From: Octopus bimaculoides
Taxonomy: Eukaryota
Length of the DNA stretch: 53,267 bases
Direction: 5' to 3'
Assembly (NCBI RefSeq): GCF_001194135.2
Contig: NC_068990.1
Span: 12,566,960-12,620,226 of the forward strand
The translations under genes and the position numbers were made by a program. This document shows, piece by piece, positions 1 through 12,785 of the stretch; position 1 is the first letter of the stretch; the number at the start of each line of letters is the position of its first letter. The notes beneath the pieces are model-generated. The model worked only from the letters and a program-made list of their open reading frames with translations. It was not told where the DNA came from and ran no database searches.

Positions 1-8
1 ATTCCACA

Positions 9-140
<132 letters not shown>

Positions 141-339
141 ATGATACCTGGTTTGAGAAATACATCAATACTTTAAGAATTTTGTACATGATGAAAAGCT
201 TGCTTTTGATCTTAGCTCAAAATACTGCATCGGATTAATCCGACAATATTTATAGATCACAGTGATCTTTTCATTGATCCATTCACAGTTGATTAAAATA
301 TATGCCAGTTGTGTCATTCCTCTGCCAGTCTATGATATT

Positions 340-700
340 ATGCCATTATTCTGAGAGGAAGATATCTCTGAAAGGCTGAGCAAAGGTGGCAAATGCTCAC
401 ATCACCAACCTTTATTACTGCCTGACCATCATGCTTCATTCCAGTTTTCTTCTGACCATAATGGAGGACCAGCTCTTTCATTTCTGGTGGAAGAGATGTT
501 TTCCAAAGTTCAGAATGTCCCTTCTGCTACAAATATGGAGGCCTAGGTATATCATAGCTGAGGTTCCTTAAGCATGTGCTGGAGACAATGATATCTGAAG
601 AGATTTAGAATTTACAGGATACTGAGTGGATTTGGTTGCCATTTATCTAATCTATCCTAGGTGTAACAAAGACCAAGATTTGGCACATGGCATATAAAAG
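340..700 (+). mobile_element. Degenerate L1-clade (Tx1-like) non-LTR retrotransposon ORF2 fragment, post-RT region
   Basis: One frame reads SERKISLKG*AKVANAHITNLYYCLT...MEDQLFHFWWK and a shifted frame reads KYGGLGIS. This matches the L1/Tx1 pattern R.LSL.GR..L.N..I....Y...LF.FLW...GGLG. Stops and frameshifts are present; boundaries are approximate. Confidence 0.5.
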
Positions 701-980
701 GTTGACAACTGCTTACAATATTTGATAATGCTTTTATGGGTGGTGGGGTCAGCATTTTTGTGTCTCCTATATAAGCCTATATAGGCTGTTTTGCCAAGGT
801 GGTGGTACTAATTTCGAAGGTTTCTTCAGGTGGCATACACTCCAACTATGCTACCGCCACTTGCTCTTAGTATTAAGGTTATTCTTTGATTTGTGTGGTA
901 CCTTGTTTGGTCGTAGGTAGTCATCTTCTTAAAGAAATATCACATTCCATTCTTTTGGCAAACTACTATCATTTTAGTTT

Positions 981-1361
981 CTTTTTACTTGTTTCAGTCA
1001 TTAGACTGTGGCCATGCTGGAGCACCACCTAGAAGAATTTTTAGTCAAATAAATTGGCTGCTGCACTTTTTTCTCTTAAGCCTGGTACTAATTCTACCAG
1101 TCTCTTTTTGCTGAACTGTTAAGTTACAGGGTTGTAAGCACACCAAGCCCGCTTTTCAAGTAGTTGGAGGTGGGGGACAAACACAGAGAAATACACACAC
1201 GCACATACATGATTGTCTTCTTTTAGTTTCAATCTATGACTTCCACTCACAAGGCTTTGGTTGACCCAAGGCCATAGTAGAAGACATTTGGCCAAGATTC
1301 TGCCCAGTGGAACTGAAATCTAACATATGATTGGGAAGCAAGCTTCTTACCACACAGCTAC
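981..1361 (-). mobile_element. SINE family B copy
   Basis: Reverse complement of family B from tail (ctttttacttgtttcagtca) to head (cttaccacacagc). Confidence 0.85.
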
Positions 1362-2260
1362 ATCACAATGTTACAAAATTCCCTCACCATTTTAAGTAAT
1401 TTGTCTTCATAATATCACCTCATCAGTGACCCTTGCGACAAAGAAATTAATCATAAATACCTTTATTGTCACTTACTACATCATGTAATCACTCATAGAA
1501 TGGGAAATTCTATTGCCCAGCAGATGTTGCCTTCAGCCACTTATCTTATATTTAATCTCACATAAATTAGAGTCTTATAGCAAAAAACACATTTATTATT
1601 GTCTAGTATATTTGAGTTGCAGGAGAGGCTGTAACATATTTCTGAGAATTTAGTGTATGGCTAGGCTCTACCAGTGATCAGAATAGTTGTTATTTTGCAT
1701 AGATATCCCTATGAAAGGCATGGATATCCCAACCTCCCTCCCAGCACCATCTGTATGATCCTGAATTTTTTTTTTTTTTTTTTTTTAATTGCAATCCTTA
1801 TTATGATTAGTGTTATAGAAACAGCAATAAAACAAACATAAACAGTTTTTATCATATATCCACACACAGATATGTATATTTATATATATATATAAAAGTG
1901 AATTATTCTCAGTGCCTCTCATAATGCATAACGGTTTGATATTATTTGTATTCCTGATAGCATGATATCCCTATCTATATTATCAATCAATTTTCCAAAG
2001 TAGTCATTTCATAGAGCATCGCAAGACTACTGATAAAAAAGAGCAAACACACAAACAAGCAAACAAAAAAATGTGCATTTCATTTTGCAGCTTGCATTAT
2101 TTTCCCTCATTGCATTGATTCATTATGTATATGTGCATGTGCTGTTTTCTACAGGTGCATTGAGAGGACAAAATAATCACTCTAAAATGCATACGTATAT
2201 ATGTGTGTATGTGGATATATATATATATATATATACATATCTATCTATCTNNNNNNNNNN

Positions 2261-2302
<42 letters not shown>

Positions 2303-2456
2303 GTATATGTGTATGTATATGTATGTATGTATATGTGTATGTATGTATATGTGTGTGGATGTATATATGTACGTGTATATATGTATATATGCATATATAT
2401 CTATATATACATACATATATATGTATATATACATGAATATATGTATGTATATATAC

Positions 2457-2506
<50 letters not shown>

Positions 2507-2975
2507 NNNNNNNNNNNNNNNNNNNNNNNNNNNNNNNNNNNNNNNNNNNNNNNNNNNNNNNNNNNNNNNNNNNNNNNNNNNNNNNNNNNNNNNNNNNNNN
2601 NNNNNNNNNNNNNNNNNNNNNNNNNNNNNNNNNNNNNNNNNNNNNNNNNNNNNNNNNNNNNNNNNNNNNNNNNNNNNNNNNNNNNNNNNNNNNNNNNNNN
2701 NNNNNNNNNNNNNNNNNNNNNNNNNNNNNNNNNNNNNNNNNNNNNNNNNNNNNNNNNNNNNNNNNNNNNNNNNNNNNNNNNNNNNNNNNNNNNNNNNNNN
2801 NNNNNNNNNNNNNNNNNNNNNNNNNNNNNNNNNNNNNNNNNNNNNNNNNNNNNNNNNNNNNNNNNNNNNNNNNNNNNNNNNNNNNNNNNNNNNNNNNNNN
2901 NNNNNNNNNNNNNNNNNNNNNNNNNNNNNNNNNNNNNNNNNNNNNNNNNNNNNNNNNNNNNNNNNNNNNNNNNNN

Positions 2976-3030
<55 letters not shown>

Positions 3031-3180
3031 GATTGTGATGTATATGTATGTTTCTGTATACATATACACATAAACTCACATACTCCCACGTATATATGAA
3101 CGAGTGAGCGAATGAAAGGAAGTAGAACTCAACACATTTGGCAGAAGTTACATGTATGTTTTAATAAAAATTTGATTCAA

Positions 3181-3309
3181 CTCCATAGGAGTTAACTTGA
3201 AGTTTCGTGGACATGTAGGATGTATCCTTCTCATCTGATACTTGGAGGCTCTAGCATTTGAAGAGATGAACATATCCTATTGGCCATCAAAACTTCAAGT
3301 CATGTGGAG
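3181..3309. repeat. Imperfect inverted repeat (MITE-like)
   Basis: ACTTGAAGTTTCGTGGACATGTAGGATGTATCCTTCTCATCT pairs imperfectly with AGATGAACATATCCTATTGGCCATCAAAACTTCAAGT. The outer CTCCA/TGGAG also pair. Confidence 0.7.
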
Positions 3310-3332
3310 CTGTTATTAAATATATATATACA

Positions 3333-3545
3333 TTGCCAGTACCGCCGAACTGGCCCTCGTGCCGGTGGAACATAAAAAGCACCCACTACACACTCGGAGT
3401 GGTTGGCGTTAGGAAGGGCATCCAGCTGTAGAAACTCTGCCAAATCAGATTGGAGTCTGGTGTAGCCATCTGCTTCACCAGTCCCCAGTCAAATCGTCCA
3501 ACCCATGCTAGCATGGAAAGCGGACATTAAATGATGATGATGATG
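3333..3545 (+). mobile_element. SINE-like family A copy with (GAT)n tail
   Basis: ...GGTTGGCGTTAGGAAGGGCATCCAGCTGTAGAAAC...CCCATGCTAGCATGGAAAGCGGACATTAAATGATGATG. More than 10 related copies occur in the window. Confidence 0.85.
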
Positions 3546-3563
3546 TATGTATATATACATATA

Positions 3564-3598
<35 letters not shown>

Positions 3599-3879
3599 NN
3601 NNNNNNNNNNNNNNNNNNNNNNNNNNNNNNNNNNNNNNNNNNNNNNNNNNNNNNNNNNNNNNNNNNNNNNNNNNNNNNNNNNNNNNNNNNNNNNNNNNNN
3701 NNNNNNNNNNNNNNNNNNNNNNNNNNNNNNNNNNNNNNNNNNNNNNNNNNNNNNNNNNNNNNNNNNNNNNNNNNNNNNNNNNNNNNNNNNNNNNNNNNNN
3801 NNNNNNNNNNNNNNNNNNNNNNNNNNNNNNNNNNNNNNNNNNNNNNNNNNNNNNNNNNNNNCCTGTATGTATAGGTGCA

Positions 3880-4270
3880 TATCTGGGTACAGGACATTGC
3901 AAACAAAACAGAGACGAGAAAACACACAAGCCACATAGAGAACATTCTACTTCATCAGCTACCTCCGTTTTAACACCGGCGTTTCGAAAAGCTAGGCAGG
4001 ACGCATCGTTAAAGCAGCTCTTCCCATGGACCGCAAATTAAATTTGTATACACAAATTAAATCTTGCCATGGAGGAATGTTGTGGCGGACAAAAAACAAG
4101 ACAGGAAAACAAACAGAAAAGGCTTTACGGCCAGACGAGAAAAATTGTTTGTGTATGACTGCTGTGAGGCACGAACTTGAAAGTAGGGACGAAATGGTTC
4201 GTTTGTTTGTCGGCGACAGCCAAGGAAGAAAGGCTGAGTTCTATTTCATCCTTTACTTTAGGGGGTTCCA
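3880..4270 (-). mobile_element. Unclassified repeat carrying GAAAC...CTGATGA motifs (possibly Penelope-derived)
   Basis: Shares the terminal ATGGGTACAGGACA-like end, an ACCGCAAA..AATTAA block and core motifs with 31335-31900. Boundaries are approximate. Confidence 0.45.
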
Positions 4271-4380
4271 AAGTTAGATTTCTAATAAAGGTTCTTCATA
4301 ATAAATTGTTAGCTTACTATTGTAAGTATTTTTCGAATATAAAAATGTTACAAGTACAAGGTGTGTTATGAGCATTTATC

Positions 4381-4534
4381 GAACATGTATCCTATGGAAA
4401 CTCAATTACAGCTGGAGAAGAGAAGGTGTTGAAACTTTTATAAAATTTTAATCCATGGATTAAAATTTTATAAAACTTTTAACACCTCTTCTCCATCTGT
4501 AATTTTTTGTTGAGTTTTTATAGGATATGTGTTC
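4381..4534. repeat. Spacerless palindrome / foldback element (~154 bp)
   Basis: Perfect 40-bp palindrome at 4436-4475 (TTTTATAAAATTTTAATCCA|TGGATTAAAATTTTATAAAA). Imperfect arms extend to GAACATGTATCCTAT ... ATAGGATATGTGTTC. Confidence 0.9.
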
Positions 4535-4752
4535 TTTGCTGGTGGCAAAGAAATAGCACCATTCGAGCGTGGTTGATGCTGGTGCCACCTGACTGGCTCC
4601 CATGCTAGTGGCACATAACAAGCACCATTCGAGTGTGGTTGATGCTAGTGCTGTTGAAACCTCTTTCTATTATAAACCTACATACACACACAGACACACA
4701 TATACATATACATATATATCTATATCTATCTATCTATCTATCTGTCTGTCCG

Positions 4753-4785
<33 letters not shown>

Positions 4786-4801
4786 ATATATNNNNNNNNN
4801 N

Positions 4802-4840
<39 letters not shown>

Positions 4841-6984
4841 GAATTTGTTTCCCTGGTGTATGTCGAAATTTAGTCAGAGAGAAATACAATTGCATAAGCA
4901 TAACTTCTTATAGTTTTTTATTACCCCTGAAGGGATGTAAGACTATCATTTGCCAATAGGACATGAACTCAGGCTCTGAAGGTATGAAACTAAAGGTTTA
5001 TAATCATTTCTGCCAAGTGTCTGTCTATTGAAATGAATATGAACACCTAATATTCATCATAAAGTGTTTTTTCCTATTTTACCTCCTTACTGTTTTATTT
5101 AGCTTTACTTATCTGAATATAAAAACACATTAAAGTAGGTATAGAAAGAAATAACTACTCATTATAGAATTGTTTGTCAAAGTTGTGGAGTTGTTGAGGC
5201 TGAAGTTATCTAATAAAATTCATTAGAATTCTTAATGAGAATTGAAAATCTAATTTCTCGAAGCTCTCTCACGGCAAGAGTTAGGTTTATATTGTATATA
5301 AAACAATGAAATATTTTGTCTTAAAGTGTCATTGTTTTCATTATAGTTTGTCAGAACTGAAATTTTGCAGATTGTTGTTGTTGTTGTCGTTGTATAGCCC
5401 ATGGTAATTTGTGAATTTGTAGACTGATAGCAGGCAGGTAGTTGACCAAGTGACCAGGCATAATTTACAAATGTGTAATTTCAGTTATACCAAGTCTCTG
5501 CCTAGCTGGGGACTACACTGACAGTCTAACAGTCTAGAAATGCATTCTCTACACTGTCCAGTCTCCTTTGATATGAATCCACCTGAGGTCACGTATTGTT
5601 CTATGTTACAAACTTTTTGTTTTAACATGATCTGAATTAAAATCATTCATTTATGTTTTGAGCACTGTATGTAGATGTTGAAGTTATTATACTGAATTCT
5701 TCATTTTCAAAATGAATTGATACAATGGCAATGTATGCCATTAGAATTGTGGTATCAAAAGTATTACGTTTGTATATTCATATATCAGCCATGACAGAAA
5801 GATTTCAGTACTTATCACTTGCTGGTACCTACCTATACCAAACTGAAGGCTTTATTCCTTATCAAAATCTCACAATTCAAAATTTTTTACCCAATTCAAA
5901 GCCTTATATGTTCAGTTCAAAACCTTGACCAAGCCAAGATGCTATATGAGATCCAAGACATTATGACCAATTTTGGATCACCGATTTATTGATCACTCAT
6001 TTTCTTATTGTAGAAATTAATTGCATGGATAAGTTCTTGAAATCTTTTCATGTGTTTCTCTATTCCTTACTTATTATATGATATTTCCAGTAGCTGTGTT
6101 CCATCTATTTTAACCAGCTGAATGAATAATGTTAAAGCACAGAAGCGTATTGCAATTTATTGTGAATAATTAGCATAAGTTATCTACTGGCTTCCTCTTC
6201 ATTTTACATTTGCTCTTGATTTTCACAAATAAAAATTAATAAATAAATAACAAAACAGAATGAAATATGTAAATATCTTTCAATTTGAGGTTAGTTTTAT
6301 TTTCTAAACTTTTTTTCAAAACAAAAATATAAAAGTGCGTAATAATATCAATGCAGCAGAGGAAATATAAAAAAAAAAGCAAAATTTTAAAACATGAGTA
6401 AAATAGGAAAAAACCTGTTAGGTTTCAATTTTTGTTTCTGGAAAAGATGCATTAGAGAAAATTAATTATTATCAAACTGTTTCTGGTGCTTTCTTTAATA
6501 TCCAATTAGAACAAAATAATGATAGTCTTCATTACTTTATTATATGTATCAGGCATTTTTGTATACAAAGCACATGCGTGTATGAGTATCTAGGTATGCA
6601 TGTGTATGTATATATATATATATATGCAGGCATGTGTATGTATTTGGAAACTTGCAAGATCTACACACTTGTTGTATACTGTGTATTTATACAGTAACTC
6701 AAAAGTGGTTGTAGATGTGTATGTTGTTAGTAATTTAAGCAACCCTATATACACACACTATTGAACTTGTGTGTGTACGTTTACATTTAAAATTTTATGT
6801 AAGACTGTGTTTCTATTGGATTGTGTTTTGGGAGTGTTTATCGGTTTGTGGTTCAAATAATCACTTCTGAGGTATATGGTCCTTGGGCAATTGCTTTCAA
6901 CTGTATCTTTGGGCTGACTAAAATCTTGTCAGTGGGTTTGGTTGATGAAGACTAAAAGAAGCCCATATCTGTGTTTATGTATGT

Positions 6985-7020
<36 letters not shown>

Positions 7021-7234
7021 GTTTCACAAGCGTTTTCCATGCGGGCATGGGTCAGACTGTTTGACTGAGGTCTGGAGGGCCAGCAGCTGCACCAGGCTCC
7101 AATCTGATCTGGCAATGTTTCTACATCTGGATGCCCTTCCTAATACCATACATGTGTGTGTGTGTATGTGTGTATGTGCGTGTGTATATATGTTATATAT
7201 GCATATATATATATGTATACATATGTATGTATAT

Positions 7235-7461
7235 ATCATCATCATCATCGTTTAACGTCCGCTTTCCATGCTAGCATGGGTTGGACGATTTGACTGAGGA
7301 CTGGTGAAACCGGATGGCAACACCAGGCTCCAGTCTGATTTGGCAGAGTTTCTACAGCTGGATGCCCTTCCTAACGCCAACCACTCAGAGAGTGTAGTGG
7401 GTGCTTTTACGTGTCACCCGCACGAAAACGGCCACGCTCGAAATGGTGTCTTTTATGTGCC
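7235..7461 (-). mobile_element. SINE-like family A copy (runs into gap)
   Basis: (CAT)n-CGTTTAACGTCCGCTTTCCATGCTAGCATGGG..., nearly identical in reverse complement to 18474-18630. Confidence 0.9.
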
Positions 7462-8556
7462 NNNNNNNNNNNNNNNNNNNNNNNNNNNNNNNNNNNNNNN
7501 NNNNNNNNNNNNNNNNNNNNNNNNNNNNNNNNNNNNNNNNNNNNNNNNNNNNNNNNNNNNNNNNNNNNNNNNNNNNNNNNNNNNNNNNNNNNNNNNNNNN
7601 NNNNNNNNNNNNNNNNNNNNNNNNNNNNNNNNNNNNNNNNNNNNNNNNNNNNNNNNNNNNNNNNNNNNNNNNNNNNNNNNNNNNNNNNNNNNNNNNNNNN
7701 NNNNNNNNNNNNNNNNNNNNNNNNNNNNNNNNNNNNNNNNNNNNNNNNNNNNNNNNNNNNNNNNNNNNNNNNNNNNNNNNNNNNNTATATGTGTATTTAT
7801 ATATGTATATATGTATGTGTATAGATATATATATATATATATATATGTATATACATGTGTACATATATATAAATATATGTAGGGATATAGATAGATAGAT
7901 ACATACATACATGCATGCAAACACAAGCATAGCTGTGGGTTAAGAGGTTTGCTTCCCAGCCACATGTTTCTGGGTTCAGTCCCACTGTGTGGTACCTTAG
8001 GCAAGTATCATCCAGTATTGACCTAGGTTGATCAAAGCCTTGTGAGTGGATTCGCTTTGAGGAAACTGAAAAGAATCCTTTACTTGTGTGTGTTTGTGTC
8101 TACTTGTCTTGGTATAGTGTGTAGATGTAAATGATTGTCCTTGTGATATAAACTGTGCCATTCGGTTCCAATAAACAGCAAAAACATGTGGTCATGGAAA
8201 ATATTACTTTGCTTGGAAACATGTAAAGGTTTGTGGCAAAAAAATGGCATCTGACCATAGAAAAATCTACCTTAATTAACTCTGTCCAACAGAGAGTATG
8301 ATATAAATAGACATATTCATATTCCTACAGTATATCCACAATTTTTTCAGCAAAGCAAATGTTCACTTGATAAACTGATATCAATATGTCTCCTAGACAA
8401 TATTGCCTTAAGTATGAGTATAGAAATTTCACCCGCCTGCCAACCCTTGTTGAGCTAGTGTGGCAGAGTAGGCACATCAAGCCAGTGTGATCTCAAGCCA
8501 TTATCTGGTGGAGAGAACATGCTGAGGCCTCCGTCCTGCAATGGACTGAACATGGG

Positions 8557-8620
8557 CAATCCAATCCAATCCAATCCAATCCAATCCAGTCCAATGCAAT
8601 CCAGTCCAATCTAATCCAGT
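8557..8620. repeat. (CCAAT)n pentanucleotide repeat, possibly a retroposon tail
   Basis: About 12 imperfect units directly after a GC-richer 130-bp segment. Confidence 0.9.
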
Positions 8621-9237
8621 ACATACTTATTTAGATCTGTGCCTGACAATCTTTACTTCAGGTTTGTGGGTAGTGTAGTAATTGCCATGGCTGGAGTGAC
8701 AATTCCAGTTGCAGTTAGTGTCTGTTAGTCTTCTCATGATGCCATTTCTTCGTTAGTACACTTTTCTTCCACAGCAAAGTATAGAACCTTTGTATCATCC
8801 TACTGAAAATTGTTGGAGGATTATACTTCAAGTGCCAGAGTGGATTTATGGAGACTTGGAATATTTATATATATACACATATATATTCAAGAGGTTTTTA
8901 ACTCAATATTCTACATACCGTTATTTATAGCTTTATCTACTTTGAGTTTGACTGTTAAAATTATATGTATATATATATTCTCACACACAAACATATATAT
9001 ATTCTTTCATTAATAAAATAATACTTGACTACAGTATAGTTGTTTCAGTACCTATCTGTGTCTTCTCAGATGTAAAGAAAAAAAATATATTATTTCCTTA
9101 ATAAAAGAAATATTGAGTCTACATTTATAGTGTATTGAATACTTTTTAAGTTATAGTCTGCTTGATTCTCGTTCAAGATTTATAACCAATGCATACATTT
9201 GCATCAGTATATTTGCATAAGTGTGTGTGTGTGTATG

Positions 9238-9284
<47 letters not shown>

Positions 9285-9488
9285 CAGCAATGCAAATTCT
9301 ATGAATGTGTGCAAGTTAAACAATGTAAGTTGTTGTAGTAGTCTATGTTAGTATTTATATATATATATATATTTATATATATNNNNNNNNNNNNNNNNNN
9401 NNNNNNNNNNNNNNNNNNNNNNNNNNNNNNNNNNNNNNNNNNNNNNNNNNNNNNNNNNNNNNNNNNNNNNNNNNNNNNNNNNNNNNNN

Positions 9489-9527
<39 letters not shown>

Positions 9528-10334
9528 GTAAACTCTGTTTGACCTGTGTGTGTTTGCGTGTGTATGTATTTCAATATTTTATACATGTGATTAGATCGAA
9601 GAATGTTTCATCAGTTATATATATATATATGTATGTATGTATGTATGCCAATTGCAGAATATTATACTCTGCTGAAATGTACATGTGAGACATCTACAAA
9701 GGAATATCAGATGAATAGGTTTCCAATTCAACACAAGATAATAGAAATTGAAAGAATGGATAAATCTTTAGTTTTCTTGTTATGACTCCATCTTATATTC
9801 TTATTGAAACATAGGAAGAAGAAAACAAAATTGCCCTCAAGATATTTGCACCTAAATTAAGGTATGGAGCTCACAATTAGCTTTCATTATCCAATTATAC
9901 ACCTGGATATCTTTAATTATAGTTGGAATCATATTCTCTCTAGTATTCCTTTAAATATTGCCAAAGTTGGGGTTATTTAAGAAGACCTTCTTAGAAAGAA
10001 AACAAATGGGTAGTGAACTTATTACTAAGAGAGTGCAATGGACAAATTAGTTTATTAGTTTTTTCCTCTTTCAAGACTGGTTAGTATGTTTTCATTTACA
10101 ATATAATCATAAATAAAATATTTATATGAATATGGGTACAGTTAAGCAGTTTGCTTTGAAACCACACAGTTTCAGGTTCAGACCCACTGCCTGGCACCTT
10201 TGGCTTTTAAGAGATTTCTGCAGTAGCTCCAAGTTTACTCATATCTTATGAATGAATCTGGTTCTCAGGAAATGTTTGTCACATACATGTGCACACATAC
10301 ATATATGTATATGTGTGGTTGTATGAATGCTTGT

Positions 10335-10690
10335 TTAGAGAAAGATGGATTTAAATGTGTTCGTAAATCTTGTTTTGGGTTTTGTGCTCATACTATCATA
10401 TAAGACATTTTGTGCCCTCATTGGACACCTTGAAAGTCCTTCTTCATAATCCAGGTTTTGATTCCATAGAGAAGTATACTTTCTACACATGTTGAGTATG
10501 AAATATTTGATTGCCAGATGTTTTGAAGTTTGTCTCAAAGTAGGGTTTGCTGGCGACTGATAACTGCTTAATATTAGGCCATATTGGATGTTATATTTTG
10601 GAGACTTCTGTACCTTAACTGAGGATGAAAAACATTTACCTTCATTGGTGTTATTGATACAGGCACATAACATGAAACTGAAAAATCTAC
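10335..10690 (-). mobile_element. Degenerate Penelope-like GIY-YIG endonuclease / C-terminal fragment
   Basis: ORF 10335-10745 contains CACINNTNEGKCFSSSV...NPTLRQTSKHLAIKYF...YTSLWNQ...GLSRCPMRAQNVLY. This resembles Penelope CNC...CP..GKCL..SV...ST.L...I....Y...W.I....RC.LC..E. Similarity judged by eye. Confidence 0.45.
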
Positions 10691-10844
10691 CAATTTTAAT
10701 AGGGTGGGGAGGGACAGCACTTCCTGGTGCAACATTGTAAGACACATCTCAGTTGCTATTGCTTGAAGTAGAAGGAATGGTGTTTCAACAACACAATATA
10801 ATCAAAATATGATCATGGAATAAAGATAAGAAGGGAGGTCATTG

Positions 10845-11100
10845 TCATCATCATCATCATCGTCTAACGTCCGCTTTCCGTGCTAGCATGGGTTGGACGA
10901 TTTGACTGAGGACTGGTGAACTGGATGGCTGCACCAGGCTCCAATCTGATCTGGCAGAGTTTCTACAGCTGGAAGCCCTTCCTAACGCCAACCACTCCGA
11001 GAGTGTAGTGGGTGCTTTTATGTACCACCGGCACGAGGGCGAGTCACACGGTACTGGCAACGGCCACACTCAAAATGGTGTTTTTTACATGCCACCTGTT
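10845..11100 (-). mobile_element. SINE-like family A copy
   Basis: Same (CAT)n start and GGATG/GAAGCCCTTCCTAACGCCAACC core. Confidence 0.9.
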
Positions 11101-12785
11101 GTTAATATGATGGTTAATATTTATCATCATCATCATCACCATTTAATGTCTGTCTTTCATGTTGGCATGAGTTTGATGTTTCAGTGGGTGTTGATACACG
11201 AGCAGGCAATGTCTTGTTGTAGAGGAGTTGCATGGCTACCCCAGAGCTGGAAATAGAGAGGAAAATGGTGATGATGCAGAGTCAGGGCATATCTCTGAAG
11301 GTACATGAAGAGGACTCTAAGAGAGAACAGAGACAGAGGATCAGAAAGTGTGTGTCTGGTATAATTATTTTATAGCATGTTGGATGTTGATTTTCTCCTA
11401 ACCCTGCAAAATTTTATCAATGTGACAAAGGCATTTATATAAGAAGCAATTATTGTTTATTCGATAGTTGTCCTTGGCTGAAAAGACATCTGAGCAAAAG
11501 TCTTTCAGCCATGACCATCCCATGTATTTATTAACATGGTAGGGTGTAATTTAAAAGGAATGTTGCTGCTATTTCTTGCATGCCTAGTAACTATATGGGA
11601 GTTCCTTCTTTGATTCTTGAGATCAATAGTTTATTGTTTACATACTGTAATATAATTCTTTATGGCTTTGACATTACTTTTTTACATCACTGAAATATAT
11701 TAAAATTACATAAGAATATAATTTAACACATTAAATTCTGGCTTTGTAGTTTGTATTTGAATTTGCTTTCTTTTTCATAATTCCATTACACTTTACTATC
11801 TTCCAACTGGTTTTTAAATCTGTAATAAATCATAATATTACTATTGCCATCAAAACTAATTCATATTAGTTTAGTTCAATTAGAGCTTGTCACACTTCTT
11901 TTAAAATCTTTGATATTTTTTACTTTTTGTTTTAGTTTTCATTTTACTTTGTAGATTTAGAAAGTTAATCATGGATATGACATGTTGATTCATAAAATAG
12001 TCACCATTTTAAAAGGAAAAAAAATCCATCATATTTGTATTAATCATGTGCTTTAAACACATATATAGTTTCTACTAATATAATTCATAAATCCAGCTTG
12101 CGTGCATTAGTAGCTAATTTTATTTTTTTTTTTTGTATTTTGTATTTTGTTTAGAAATAAATGGTAAATTAGTGACAGAAAGAATATTTTAAAATGAATA
12201 TGTATGATGTAAAATAGAGGAAAAACAAAACAAATGTCCATGGTGGAATATAACAAGAGCAATGTCTTTGCTTTAGCAAAAGAAAGCTACACTAAAATTG
12301 AGTCCCTGGAAAAAATACAAAAATAGAAAAATGCATGTAAAATTAATGATCAGCAAATTTCATCTTTTTGTAATCATTTCATTGATATATATTGATCTAG
12401 AATATTTTCTTATGCTTATATTATTAAAGTGATTTGGGTTCTTCAGAGAAAAGCTTACGTATGTTGGAATGTTTTTCCTATGGCAGCCATGTTTATTGTA
12501 ATGGCTACCATAAAATGGTTGACATTTATCAGCGTAATTAAAGTTATAATGAACATAGCTTCTGTCATGGACTACTATTCCACTAATGGTTGGAGATTGT
12601 CACAATGTTTACCACTTGAATACACTGCATACTATAAAAGTCACAAAGAAAATTACTGCTTCCACAAAAATCAACTTGAAAATTCTATGAACCCAACATT
12701 TGGTATTTTCATATTCTGTACTGCCTTTGAATAATGGCAGAAAGTTATTTTTGCCTACCAGTTATCTGTAGATATTGAGATAGCA

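Noticed and set aside
2091-2154. Signal-peptide-like stretch LALFSLIALIHYVYVHVLFSTG that would be phase-compatible with the first CUB exon
   Set aside because: There is no in-frame ATG: the ORF starts at GTG, and the nearby ATG at 2071 is in another frame that stops. The donor gtgcat is weak, and hydrophobic reads are common in T-rich DNA.
2073-3089. Long ORFs of 130-390 aa rich in YI/HT/CV/X here and at 3.5, 7.4, 15.1, 17.6, 29.3, 35.1, 36.2, 42.3, 48.4 and 51.4 kb
   Set aside because: They are translations of (TA)n, (TG)n and (TATC)n repeats and N runs, which contain no stop codons. Not genes.
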